Shown piece after piece: positions 24,601-34,135 of a stretch of 64,000 nt of DNA (positions are counted from its first letter, which is position 1; each line of letters starts with the position of its first letter). This stretch comes from Raja brachyura (lineage: Eukaryota). Position numbers and translations under genes: made by a program. Below the pieces are notes generated by a model. That model was not told the origin of the DNA and made no database searches. It saw only the letters and a list, made by a program, of their open reading frames with translations. The stretch is taken from the NCBI GenBank assembly GCA_963514005.1, contig OY740791.1, forward strand, positions 39,804,001 to 39,868,000, read 5' to 3'.

Positions 24601-27600
24601 GAAATCCTTTAGGACCGAGATGAGAAGGACTTTTTTCACACAAAGTGTGGTGGGTCTCTGGATCTCTCTGCCACAGAGGGTAGTTGAGGCCAGTTCATTG
24701 GCTATATTTCAGAGGGAGGTAGATGTGGCCCTTGTGGCTAAGGGGATCAGAGGGTATGGAGAGAAGGCAGGTACGGGATACTGTGTTGGATGATCAGCCA
24801 TGATCATATTGAATGGCGGTGCAGGCTCGAAGGGCCGAATGGCCTACTCCTGCACCTAATTTCTATGTTTCTCTATGTTTCTATGTACGTGGGAGGTCGT
24901 GTCTCACAAATCCGATTGATTTTTTTGAAGACGTGACCAAAAAGGTTGATGGGGACAGAGCTGTAAATGTTGTGTACATGGACTTCAGTAAGGCGTTCGA
25001 CAATGTTCCGCATGGTAGGCTGCTCTGGAAGGTTAGATCACATGGGATCCAAGGAGAGATAGCTGAATGGATAGCAAATTGGCTCCTTGGAAGGAAGCAG
25101 AGGATAATGGTGGAAGGTTGCTGGGCCCGTTATTGTTTGTCATCTACATCAATGATTTGGATGAGAACATACTGGGCAAGATTAGCAAGTTTGCTGATGA
25201 TACAAAAGTTAGTGGTTTTGCAGATAGTGAAGATGGTTGTAAACGAATGCAGCAGGATCTGGATCGATTGGCCAGGTGGGCGGAGGAATGGTTGATGGAA
25301 TTTAATACAGAGAAGTGTGAGTTGTTGCAGTTTGGGATGTCGAACAAGGGCAGGACCTACACAGTAAATGTTAGGCCTCTGGGTGGTGTTGTAGAGCAGA
25401 GGGATCTAGGGGTACAGGTGCATGACTCCTTGAAGGCCGAATCACAGGTAGATAAGGTGGTCACAGAGGCTTTTGGCACTTCGGCCTTCATCAGTCAGAA
25501 TATTGAGTATAGACGTTGGGAGGTCATGTTGCAGTTGTATAATACGTTGGTGAGACTGCAATTAGAATATTGTGTACAGTTCTGGGCACCATGTTATAGG
25601 AAAGGTATTGTTAAGCTTGAAAGGGTACAGAAAAGATTTACGAGGATGTTGCCAGGACTAGGGGGTGTGAGATATAGGGAGAGGTTGAGTAGGCTGGGTC
25701 CCTATTCCATGGAGCGCAGGAAGATGAGGGGAGATCTTAAAGAGGTATACAAAATCATGGGAGGAATAGATTGGGTAGATGCACAGTCTTTTGCCCAGAG
25801 TAGGGGAATTGAGGACCAGAGGACATAGGTTCAAGGTGAAGGGGAAAAGGGGTAAATTTTTCACACAAAAATAACAGAACACACAATGAACACAGTTTAA
25901 CATCCACCACAGTGAGTCTACTCGGTACCTCCTCACTGTGATGGAAGGCAAAAGTCTTAAAGTCCTTGTCTCTTCCTTCCTTGTTCTCCATTTTTCGATG
26001 TTGGCCCCCCCCCCTCCGGGTCCCGCGGCCGAATCCGAGTTCCGCGAACGGGCCGGTTGAAACTCCGCGGCCCGGGGCGGACAAAGCTGCCACCCTCCAG
26101 TCCAGCAGACAAAGCGGTTGTTGCGGGAGCTCCAGAGAATCGGTCACCAACCTGGGACCTGCGAGCTCTCGATGTTGTCGTTTACTGGACCCGCGGCCGA
26201 AGCCTCCGAGGCTCCGAAGTCGGGTCGCCGCCGCAGCACCACCACAGCCCCAAAGTCAACCAGCTTCGTGATGGTGAGAACTGACACTGCCTCCGGAGCC
26301 TCGATGTCGGCCCTAGTTGGAGGCCACCAGCTCCGCGATTAGGCCTCAGCACAGACAGTGACGGAGATACGACAAAGAAAAGGTTGCATCCCCCTGAAGG
26401 AAGAGTTTCCTTCAAAACAAGTTTCCCCCCGCTCCCCACACATACACAACTAAAAATAAACTAAGACATACGTCCAACAAGACAAAAGAAAACAAAAAAA
26501 AAGAAAAAGACAGACGGACTGCAGGCGAGCAGCAGCTGCTTGGGCAGCGCCGCCACTTCCGGAGTATTTAGCTATAGCTTATAGTTATGCCTTCTATTCT
26601 TGGACAGTTCCACCCTGGGAAAAAATGTTCTGACTGTCTACCCTATCTATGTTTTTCATAATTTTATATAATTCTATCAAGTCTCCCCTCAACCTCTGAC
26701 ATTCCAGAGAAAACAATCAAAGTCGAAAATTAGGGCACATGGTATTGGGGGTAGAGTGCTGACATCATAGAAAATTGGTTGACAGACAGGAAACAAAGGG
26801 CAGGGATTAACGATTCCCTTTCAGAATGGCAGGCAGTGCGGTAGCGCAAAGCTCGTTGCTGGAACCGCAGCTATTTACCAAGTACATCAATGATTTAGAT
26901 GAAGGGATTCAGTAACATTAGCAAATTTGCAGATGACACAAAGCTGGGTGGCGGTGTGAACTGTGAGGAGGATGCTATAAGAATGCAGGGTGACTTGGAC
27001 AAGTTGGGTGAGTGGGCAGATGCAGTTTAATGTGGATAAATGTGAGGTTATCCAATTTAGTAGCAAAAACAGGAAGGCAGATTATTATCTAAATGGTGTC
27101 AAGTTGGGAAAAGGGGAGTACAACGGGATCTGGGGGTCCTTGTTCATCAGTCAATGAAAGTAAGCATGCAGGTACAGCAGGCAGTGAAGAAAGTGAATGG
27201 CATGTTGGCCTTCATAACAAGAGGAGTTGAGTAACAGGTGCAAAGAGGTCCTTCTGCAGTTATACAGGGCCCTAGTGAGACCACATCTGGAAACCTTTGT
27301 GCAGATTTGGTCCCCTAATTTGTGGAAGGACATTCTTGCTATTGAGGGAGTGCAGCGTATGTTTACAAGGTTAATTCCCTGGATGTCATATACTGAGAGA
27401 ATGGAGCAGCTGGGCTTGTATACTCTGGAATTTAGATGGATGAAAGGGGATCTTTTTGAAACATATAAGATTTTTAAGGGTTTGGACACGCTAGAGGCTG
27501 GATACATGTTCCCAATGTTGGGGGAGTCCAGAACCAGGGGCCACAGTTTAAGAATAAGGGGTAAGTCATTTAGAATGGAAATGAGAAAACAGATTTTCTC

Positions 27601-30600
27601 ACAGAGAGTTGTGAGTCTGTGGAAATCTCTGGCTCAGAGGGCGGCGGAGGCCAGTTCACTGGGCTCTTAAAGATAGCAGAGTCAGGGGATATGGGGAAAA
27701 GGCAGGAACGGGGTACTGATTGGGTACTGATTGAGGATGATCACATTGAATGGCAGTGCTGGCTCGAACGGCCAAATGGCCTACTCCTGCACCTATTGTC
27801 TATTGTCCATTTCTATTGTCTATTTAACCATTCCCTTCATCCAAAACCCTCTAATCCAGGCAACATTCTGGTAAACCTCCTCTGCACCGTGTCCAAAGCC
27901 TCGACATCTTTCCTATAATGCATGATCAGAACTGCCACAATACTCCATATGTGGCCTAACCAAGATCCTAACCATAGTCTCTACTGACATTCAACCTCCT
28001 AAAGTGCAACACCTCACACATGCTCAGGTTTGAATCCATCAGCCATTTCTGCAACAAATCTATATCCCACTGTATCTTCTCACAGCATTCCTCACTGTTT
28101 GCAACTCCCCCAATGTTGCTGTCATCAGCAAACTTACATCTAGGTCATTGATATATATCATAAACTGCAGAGGTCCCAGCTGAGATCTCAATGGAAGTCC
28201 ACTGGTGACAGACTTCCAGCCAAAATATCTACCTTCCACCACAATCATTTTCTATGAATAAGCTAGTTCTGAATCCAAATCTATGTATCTGTCCAAATGT
28301 CGTTTATACATTGTTACTGTACTTACCTCAACTACTTCCTGCGGCAGTTCGTTCAATTTCTCTGAGGTGAATACGCAACATCCCAAGGTATTATTTCAAA
28401 GAACAAGAAATAACCTCAGTTTGTGGCCAATAATCATTCCTTAATTAAAATCAATTAAAAAATCTACATCACAATCTATATCTCATCATCACAACATTCT
28501 TGACTGTAGAAACTGGCTTTCAGTACTTGTTGTTCAGTACTTTGAAATCTCCTGACAATTTTAAAAGTACTTGATAAAATGTATGTCCCATTTCACTTTA
28601 ATCACAAATATTTCCCAAGTACATTTTACAATACTTCACCCAATTTAAATCCATTATGTTTCAAGTTGTTTTAAACATTAAACATTTTGTATTAAAAGCA
28701 ATTTCAAGGCCTCGTTGTCCACTTTAATCATCTGCAGTTTATGGAAATAAATATACATTGCAACAGACATTAGAAGACAACTTGTCATAGTTTGAACTTT
28801 TAGTCTGACCTTCAAACGTAGAAGGTATGACAGAGTTTGCATCCTGTGCACGGACAGACTCATTTGTGGTTGAAGGAGTCGGTGTGGTGATCTCTAGGAC
28901 AGAAGAAATAATAATTTATTGTGCCAGTGCTGGTGAAGACATATTCTTTCTCGCTCACTGATTTTCCACATACTGCATCATTCAGCTCACACACAGCTAA
29001 CCCACTGAATTGAATATAGAACCAGTGATTGTGGTGCTTCAGGACATTCATAGTGCCTTTCCACATTTCCCACATTTAAAAATAATCATAATCCATTGGA
29101 TTGTACTTACTGATGTGCACTCATTATCAAAGGTAAAACAGGGTAGGAGTAAACATTTTAATTTGAATTGGAAGCCTGTGGGTGGTTTGTGCAATGGTCT
29201 GCCAGGACAGTGCAGCTGGTTGATCTCGGGGAAGCACTGGAAGTGGAACTGTGTGTGATGACGGGACTAGAAGTTGTCCAAGAGTAAGAGGATGTAGGCG
29301 AGGCACTAAATGCTAACTTTGCATCTGTATTCATCAAGTAGAAGGACATGGAGGATAGTGGTCTATGACATGAGAATGGAAACAAGAGGGGAAACCGAGG
29401 CAATGAACTCCACGCAGGTGGCACTGGGCAGGATCGAACCTGAATCACAGTAGCTGTGGGGAAACTGTGCTAACAGCAACATCGTTGCAATGTCAGGAAT
29501 GATACAGAAATATGTAACATTGAGCTGTCTACGGTCCAAATTCACTTTCACGTCTTGAAACAGTCCAAAGATCTCCACATGGCAACAAAACTAGCCAAGT
29601 CTTTGGGTATTTTTAAAGCGGAGATTGACATGCAATAACATTATTGTTTCTAGATTTATTGTTAACTCTAAGTAGTTGGGTGGGAGGTGATAGACTCCAC
29701 CAAGACTGCTCCTATTTGTCTTACACTTCCTTCTCTGACCTCTCCCCTGACTCTCGGTCTAAAGAAGGGTCTCGACCCGAAACGTCAACTTCTATCCAGA
29801 GATGCTGCCTGTCCCGCTGAGTTACTCCAGCATTTTGTGTCTATCTTCATTGTAAACCAGCATCTACAGTTCCTTCCTTCCTGTTTCTTGGAGTTTAAAG
29901 ACATGGCTATAAACGCCAGTGTGGGAAACACCCAATGTTTCTGTATTATATACCTGATGTAAAACACTAAACGTTCTTCCTCACAATTTCGCAATGGACT
30001 CATTGTCCATATTACATTCTACTGGCCTGCTATTTTCACCTGCACTTTATTGATAGTGCTGGATATTCAATGGACTTTTTAATTGATTGATTGAAAGTTA
30101 CAGCATGGAATCAGGCCCTTCGTCCCCCAGATCCCACGCCGACCATCTATCACTAATTCATGTCAAATCTGCGTTATCCCACTTTCTTATCCCCGCGCTG
30201 CTCATTTGGGGCATTTTTACAATGGCGACTTCACCTGCACGCCTTTGCTTAACAATGTTAATTAGAGTTAACAATGAATCTAGAAACAATAACATGGTGT
30301 TCCATATTTCCCTAAGGGGCAGAAGAGGGTCATTCAGCCAACAAGACCATGGCACCTGTTCAAGCATTCCCAGCGATGCACCCCCTACTTATAGGGAGGT
30401 TGCATGCAGTCAAGGTCACGACCGGTGACCCGTACTGTTGCCATGCAACGCCAACTGGAGTACACGCGATTTCCACACACCACTCGTAAGTCTGGAGATT
30501 TTTTTAATGATAAATTTAGTTTCAGAAACGTTTTCCTTTTGCATGATAAACCCACTTCAGAACCATGGGCGATTTTAAAATTTTACAGCCAGATTTATTA

Positions 30601-33600
30601 CTTCTGAAACTTTTTAGATACCAAAGGAATCAAGAAAAATGCAGTGAGAAAATGCAATAATTGGCAATAGGGAGGTTTCACGGCAGTCGGGTCACAACCC
30701 ATGATCCGTACTTTTGCTATGCTACGCCAAGTGGAGTACACGTGATGAACTGCAGGTAAGCACTGAAGATTGTTTCAAGCGTTAATGGGCATTGTGCCCA
30801 TTAAAACCCGCCGAAATTGTCCATTTTTGCGGTGTAAATAATTATGGAAATCGGGATAAGCGTGAGAGACATTTAGCCTACTTCATAATTCCAAAGGTGA
30901 GGAGAAATGACGGTAGATAAAGCTGGCTGTAAAATTTTTAAATCACCCATGGTTCTCAAGTGGGTTTTTACATACAAAAAGAAAACGCCTCTGAAGCAAA
31001 CTTTACAGCCAGATGCATCACTTCTGAGACTTTTTAGATACCAAAGGAATCAAGAAAAAACACAAATAATGCCTTACTGTTGATGAAATGCAGTGAGCAA
31101 ACGCGATAATTCACGATATTTTCAATTCCGATATCTGCACGGCCAATGTTCGCCAAGCACTTTAGCTGTTGTTGTCCCTTCAGCTCTCGCTTCCCTTTAC
31201 CTTAATTTCGCTTCACTTTTGGAATTCTGAAGTTGGGTACGTCTCTCACGCTTACCCCGACTTCCACAGTTTTTTACAGCGCAAAAATTCACAATTTTGG
31301 CGTTTTTTAACAGGTAAGAAAGTAAGTGTTTCTTGTATTAATAACATATGCTGGAAGTTACGGATGTCCTCCAGATGAATTGCGTCAAGCCCTATGACCC
31401 AGTGACCTTATGTGCAACCCCCCCTATATTTTCAATCTTGATATCTGCACGGCCAATGTTTGCCAACCTCTTTAGCTGTTGTTGTCCCTTCAGCTCTCGC
31501 TTTTCTCTACCGTCATTTCTCCTCACTTTTGGAATTCTGAAGTTGGATAAATGTCTCTCACAATTACCCCGATTTCCACAATTATTGACAATAAATGACA
31601 ATTTTGGCGGTTTATAACGGGTAAGAAAGTACGCGTTTCGTGTATTAACAGAATATGCCAGAAGCGTCCATGTACTCCACATGGATTGAGCTGCTCCGTG
31701 TGTCACGCCCTTTGACCCGATTACCTCATGTGCAACCCCCCCTATAGGGAGGTTTCACGGCAGTCGGGTCACGACCCAAGACCCATACAGTTGCTACGCT
31801 ATGCTAAGTGGAATACATGCGATGAACTGCAGGTAAGCACTTACCATAGTTTCCAGCGTAGTGGCCCGTTAAAACCCGCCGAGATTGTCAATTTTGGCGC
31901 TGTAAATAATTATGGAAATCGGGACAAGCGTCAGAGACATTTAGGGTTACACAAAAAGCTGGAGAAACTCAGCGGGTGCAGCAGCATCTAAGGGGCGAAG
32001 GAGATAGGCGACGTTTCGGGTCGAGACCCTTCTTCAGACACTGGGTCTCGACCCGAAACGTCGCCTATCTCCTTCGCCCCTTAGATGCTGCTGCACCCGC
32101 TGAGTTTCTCCAGCTTTTTGTGTAACCCTCGATTCTCCAGCATCTGCAGTTCCTTCTTTAACACGTCAGAGACATTTAGCCTACTTCAGAATTCCAAAAG
32201 TGAGGAGAATTGACGGTAAATAGAAGCGCGAGCTGAAGGGACAACAACAGTCAGAGTGTTTGGCGAACATTAGCCAGATTTATCACTTCTGAGACTTTTT
32301 AGATACCAAAGGAATCAAGAAAAATCACAAATAATGCCTCACTGTTGATGAAATGCAGTGAGCAAACGCGATAATTCCCAATATTTTCAATTCCGATAAC
32401 TGCATGGCCAACGTTTGCCAAACACTTTAGCTGTTGTTGTCCCTTCAGCTCTCGCTTCTCTTTACCTTCACTTCGCTTCAATTTTGGAATTCTGAAGTTG
32501 GGTACATGTCTCTCACGCTTACCCCGACTTCCACAGTTTTTTACAGCACAAAAAACTCCCCGCTCTTCTGCACAAGAGGCAGCTTAACCCACTCGCATAT
32601 TCTTCGAACCTGGGAGAAAACCAGAACACGAGGGGAAACTGGTGGAGAACCTGCGAACTCCACACTGGTGGCAGTGGAGGTTCGGATCGAACCTGGGTCA
32701 CACAGCTGTGGGGAAACTCTGTCAACAGCAACATCGTTGCGACACCAGGAATGAAACAGAAATATTGAGCTGCTTACCATCCAAAACCAGGAGATTCAAA
32801 TTCACTTTCACATCATTAAACAGTCCAGTGATCTCCACACGGCAGCAATACCAGCCTTCGTCTTCTTTCCAGAGCTGCTTTATCGTGAGCGACACGTTTC
32901 CTTGCTCAATGTTACCACTAAGCTGATATTTCTCGGATCCTGCTGAAGTTACTGTTTCTCCGTTTGTTATCATCAGTTTATCTCCACAGCCAAAGGTCGG
33001 GCACTCTCCCCGACCCCAGCACATCTCAGTTTTACCATACTTTCGGACAGAGTAGTGGCACGGCAGAGTGATCGCCTGTCCCGGGTATCCTCGCACTAGT
33101 GATCCGGTGACAAGGGCCACTCGACCTGAAACAGTCCGGGAAAAGACAGTTATAGCCGGCGCTGAGTGATGAGATGGGAAGTGGCCACAGTGTGACAACC
33201 CGTCCCAGCGCTGAGAAAATGAGCCCGTTACCGCTGGCAGCAATTGGGAATATAGTGAAAGGGTTTCTATTTATCGGGATGTGCGTATTGCAGGCAGATC
33301 CAGTATTTACCCCCCAGCCACATTTTATCCCAGGGTAAGTGGTGGCGAGCGGCCGTCTCCAATCGCTGCATTTCTGTAGCAGCTTTGACACAACCGGTCG
33401 GCTTGTGAAGCAATTTCAGGGACGGACACGGGGACATATGGGACAGGGACTGACACACATTGTGTTCCCTGAATGACTCCTGGGAAGCAAATATTTTCGT
33501 CTCTTAACATTTTGTTCACATTTCATTTCATTCGATTTCAAACTCCCCGGGTAGGACCGAAACAAACAATTCGGACCACAGCTCCAGCCTTTGGTCTATT

Positions 33601-33950
33601 TGTCGTTAACAAACCCATTGAGCTGCCAAAACCAGTGGAACAGATTCGGAGCCGAATATCCTCAATGCCGTCAGATCAGCGCCGACCTGAACTTCAACTC
33701 CAACCCCGTTAGTTCACCCCTCGCCCTTCTCAACTCCAGGGGATGGAGCCCGTCCTCACGATCAGACCCGGCATCACTCGGTGACTCGGCTGGACCCCCT
33801 CGGTTACGCACAGACAGACACATCTCACTTACTGCATTCCAGGGATTTTAAATAACACGATTTGACAAAACAATTCAATTCCTGACTCGGAAACGTACCT
33901 AAAATAAGAGATACTACGATCAAATGAGCCACACCGCCAGTAACAACCAT
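596..33950 (-). CDS. TIM-family (T-cell Ig and mucin domain) receptor, HAVCR1/HAVCR2-like; 7 coding exons, 243 aa: join(33950-33899,33125-32778,28893-28810,4920-4859,2285-2192,780-756,662-596)
   Basis: Hand-assembled exons all have GT/AG boundaries and compatible phases (1,1,1,0,1,2). They total 732 nt and are open to TAA. Architecture is signal peptide, IgV with six TIM-type Cys, S/T stalk, TM, and a tail with AIEENIY. HAVCR1 vs HAVCR2 orthology cannot be resolved by eye, and extra small stalk exons are possible. Confidence 0.88.
756..780 (-). CDS. TIM exon 6, juxtamembrane cytoplasmic (SKNSTKRN)
   Basis: Acceptor gtcttttttag, donor AT|gtaaga; phase 1-2, bridging exons 5 and 7. Confidence 0.78.
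1185..1310 (-). mobile_element. Decayed Penelope-derived short repeat
   Basis: Similar to the copies at 31945 and 33966 (gggtcaggcagcatctctgg...ttcagac). Confidence 0.6.
1675..2010 (-). mobile_element. Old CR1 3' fragment
   Basis: Degenerate similarity to other CR1 3' ends in the window. Confidence 0.5.
2192..2285 (-). CDS. TIM exon 5, transmembrane (HGDTNLPLFLSIGFLVLLSLTGIAMFIFLKN)
   Basis: Acceptor ttttcatttttag, donor T|gtaagt; ~23-residue hydrophobic helix followed by K. Confidence 0.88.
3406..4020. mobile_element. PIF/Harbinger-type MITE inserted in an old CR1 fragment (~3310-4150)
   Basis: TIRs AGGGGCTGTCCCACTGCGGCGACCTAATC / GATTAGGTCACCGCAGTGGAACAGCCCCT; flanks TAG/TAA fit a TAA TSD. 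Confidence 0.8.
4859..4920 (-). CDS. TIM exon 4, stalk (GTQEILSSTITMNGINSTSEQ)
   Basis: Acceptor ttttttccccag, donor CAA|gtaagc; phase 1-0, which matches the TM exon; NST sequon. Confidence 0.75.
6975..7445 (-). mobile_element. Old CR1 3' fragment
   Basis: Similarity to the CR1 RT C-terminus and 3' region of other copies. Confidence 0.6.
7573..7617 (-). ncRNA. Truncated second copy of the HDV-like ribozyme retroposon head
   Basis: GAGGTGG-AA-GATTGCA-ACC-TTCACGT-GGT-CCACCTT-GTTTC; P1, P3 and L3 intact; catalytic C and the 3' strand of P2 lost. Confidence 0.7.
7618..7775 (+). mobile_element. CR1 3' UTR fragment
   Basis: ggatgatcagcc...ggcctactcctgcacc with a tattgtc tail. Confidence 0.75.
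7960..8397 (+). mobile_element. RTE-clade LINE 3' fragment
   Basis: LKWIG..RFPKQTLYSEL..GGQRK resembles the RTE RT C-terminus; ends gagggactgccaaagaag. Confidence 0.6.
8760..12025 (-). mobile_element. Full-length Rex1/Babar LINE with frameshifted EN (11546-10581) and RT (10732-8914)
   Basis: ANVQSL/FTETWL/GDFN/SDH endonuclease motifs; LNDYRPVALT, QFAYR and KFADD RT motifs; 5' AAGATGGCG; 3' tgacaataaa; 8-bp TSD GAATTTAA (8752-8759, 12026-12033). Confidence 0.92.
12825..12968 (+). mobile_element. Short non-autonomous retroposon with HDV-like ribozyme head and (GAA)n tail
   Basis: 10-bp TSD GTCCTGAATG at 12815-12824 and 12969-12978; (GAA)n tail; partial second copy at 7573-7617. Confidence 0.85.
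12826..12879 (+). ncRNA. Minimal HDV-like self-cleaving ribozyme fold
   Basis: P1 GGGGTGG/CCGCCAT (G1-U, one mismatch); P2 GATTGCA/TGCAATC; P3 ACC/GGT; L3 TTCATGT; P4 reduced to T-TTCG-A; J4/2 CGAA with C12869 at the catalytic position. Confidence 0.75.
13420..13725 (+). mobile_element. Penelope-like element RT fragment
   Basis: LRFTDDCIG, LPFLDLSV and YYKPTDSHSYMDYTSSHP motifs. Confidence 0.8.
15647..21796 (+). mobile_element. Full-length L1-clade LINE, copy 1 (ORF1 ~15829-16922; ORF2 17553-21327, frameshifted)
   Basis: RRKNLRIVG ORF1 motif; SWNVKG EN, RT and CCHC; poly-A; 17-bp TSD AAAGACTGCATGGATGA (15630-15646, 21797-21813) at a TT/AAA site. Confidence 0.95.
22553..23310 (-). mobile_element. 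Older CR1 RT fragment embedded in the large CR1
   Basis: QYGFVQGWSCLTNLIEFFEEVT on the minus strand. Confidence 0.75.
24888..25860 (+). mobile_element. 5'-truncated CR1 of a second subfamily
   Basis: SCLTN..DFSKAFD..SKFADDTK..LEYCVQFW. Confidence 0.88.
25862..26562 (-). mobile_element. GC-rich non-coding dispersed element (related pieces at ~34510-34860, 41085-41810, 42730-42821 and 50997-51232)
   Basis: Shared CpG-rich core and 3' region between copies; related copies end in a Rex1-like tgacaataaa tail. Confidence 0.5.
26724..27810 (+). mobile_element. 5'-truncated CR1
   Basis: KFADDTKLG and LYRALVRPHLE; 3' UTR with (tattgtc)n tail. Confidence 0.88.
27825..28360 (-). mobile_element. Old CR1 fragment
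   Basis: WKSVTSGLP..LGPLQFMIYINDLD. Confidence 0.75.
28810..28893 (-). CDS. TIM exon 3, mucin-like stalk (EITTPTPSTTNESVRAQDANSVIPSTFE)
   Basis: Acceptor ttcttctgtcctag, donor G|gtcaga; 84 nt, phase 1-1; T/S/P-rich. Confidence 0.78.
29372..29596 (-). pseudogene. Degenerate duplicate of the 3' end of the TIM IgV exon plus adjacent intron
   Basis: Reads G*FCCHVEIFGLFQDVKVNLD vs GWYCCRVEITGLFNDVKVNL. The intronic flank aligns with ~32612-32775. It has a stop codon and a degraded donor. Confidence 0.85.
29670..29885 (+). mobile_element. Penelope pLTR-derived fragment with core-mutated hammerhead (29759-29786)
   Basis: CTAAAGA-AGGGTCTCGACCC-GAAACGTC, i.e. CUGA changed to CUAA. Confidence 0.7.
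30393..32552. mobile_element. Cluster of three MITEs with AGGG...CCCT termini and 2-bp AT TSD (ISL2EU/PHIS-like): U1 30393-31743, U2 30669-31425 nested in U1, U3 from 31746
   Basis: TIRs AGGGAGGTT(G/T)CA / TGCAACCCCCCCT; AT at every terminus; removing U2 and one AT restores the sequence seen in the sister copies. Confidence 0.8.
31945..32163. mobile_element. Young palindromic Penelope-derived insertion with hammerhead motif (minus strand, 32037-32010)
   Basis: Perfect 87-bp inverted repeat (31943-32029 / 32043-32129); 16-bp TSD CGTCAGAGACATTTAG; empty site visible in the sister MITE at ~30860. Confidence 0.88.
32555..32750 (-). mobile_element. Degenerate tRNA-derived HE1/V-SINE
   Basis: B-box ggttcgatcc followed by gtgtggagtt...ggttctcc. 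Confidence 0.55.
32778..33125 (-). CDS. TIM exon 2, IgV domain
   Basis: ITLPCHY..MCWGRGECPTFGC..YQLSGNIEQGNVSLTI..DEGWYCCRVEITGLFNDVK; acceptor tttcag|, donor G|gtaagc; 348 nt, phase 1-1. Confidence 0.96.
33899..33950 (-). CDS. TIM exon 1, signal peptide MVVTGGVAHLIVVSLILG
   Basis: ATG at 33950-33948, hydrophobic run, phase-1 donor TTAG|GTACGT that joins the IgV exon in frame. Confidence 0.85.
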
Positions 33951-33965
33951 CGCGCTGGACACTGT

Positions 33966-34050
33966 AGTGCTGGAGTAACTCAGCGGGTCAGGCAGCTTCT
34001 CTGGAGAGAAAGAATAGGTGACGTTCCGGGTCGGGCCCCTTCTTCAGACT
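33966..34050 (-). mobile_element. Penelope-derived fragment with mutated hammerhead, immediately upstream of the TIM ATG
   Basis: Same family as 31945 and 36216; reads CTGAAGAAGGGGCCCGACCCGGAACGTC. Confidence 0.8.
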
Positions 34051-34079
34051 CGAAGGCACTGTCACGGCCGCTCTCTGAC

Positions 34080-34135
34080 CTGTTGCTGGGCCACATCCTG
34101 TCCTGTGGCTGTTACTTCCTACTTGACGCGGACAC
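34080..34135 (-). promoter_or_regulatory. Putative TIM proximal promoter with ETS/PU.1-type site AGGAAGT (34120-34114)
   Basis: Motif ~165 nt upstream of the ATG in a relatively CpG-rich region; the TSS itself is not observable. Confidence 0.35.

Larger units (their letters stand above)
14180..24887 (+). mobile_element. CR1 (HER1-like) LINE: SGNH-esterase ORF1, EN and RT; split by an L1 (15647-21796) and a rearranged block (22401-23311)
   Basis: VHIGTND esterase; GITETWL/GDFN EN; NYRPVSLTS, QHGF and SKFADD RT; (ttctatgt)n tail. Confidence 0.92.

Noticed and set aside
25755-26439. Overlapping GC-rich ORFs on both strands (also 41230-41776)
   Set aside because: By-product of GC-rich repeats; no protein motifs.
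29158-29290. S/T-rich minus-strand frame resembling a mucin exon
   Set aside because: No phase-compatible acceptor/donor pair, and it abuts a CR1 fragment.
30393-32552. CRISPR-like or satellite array
   Set aside because: Eukaryotic context; fully explained by nested MITEs with TIRs and TSDs.
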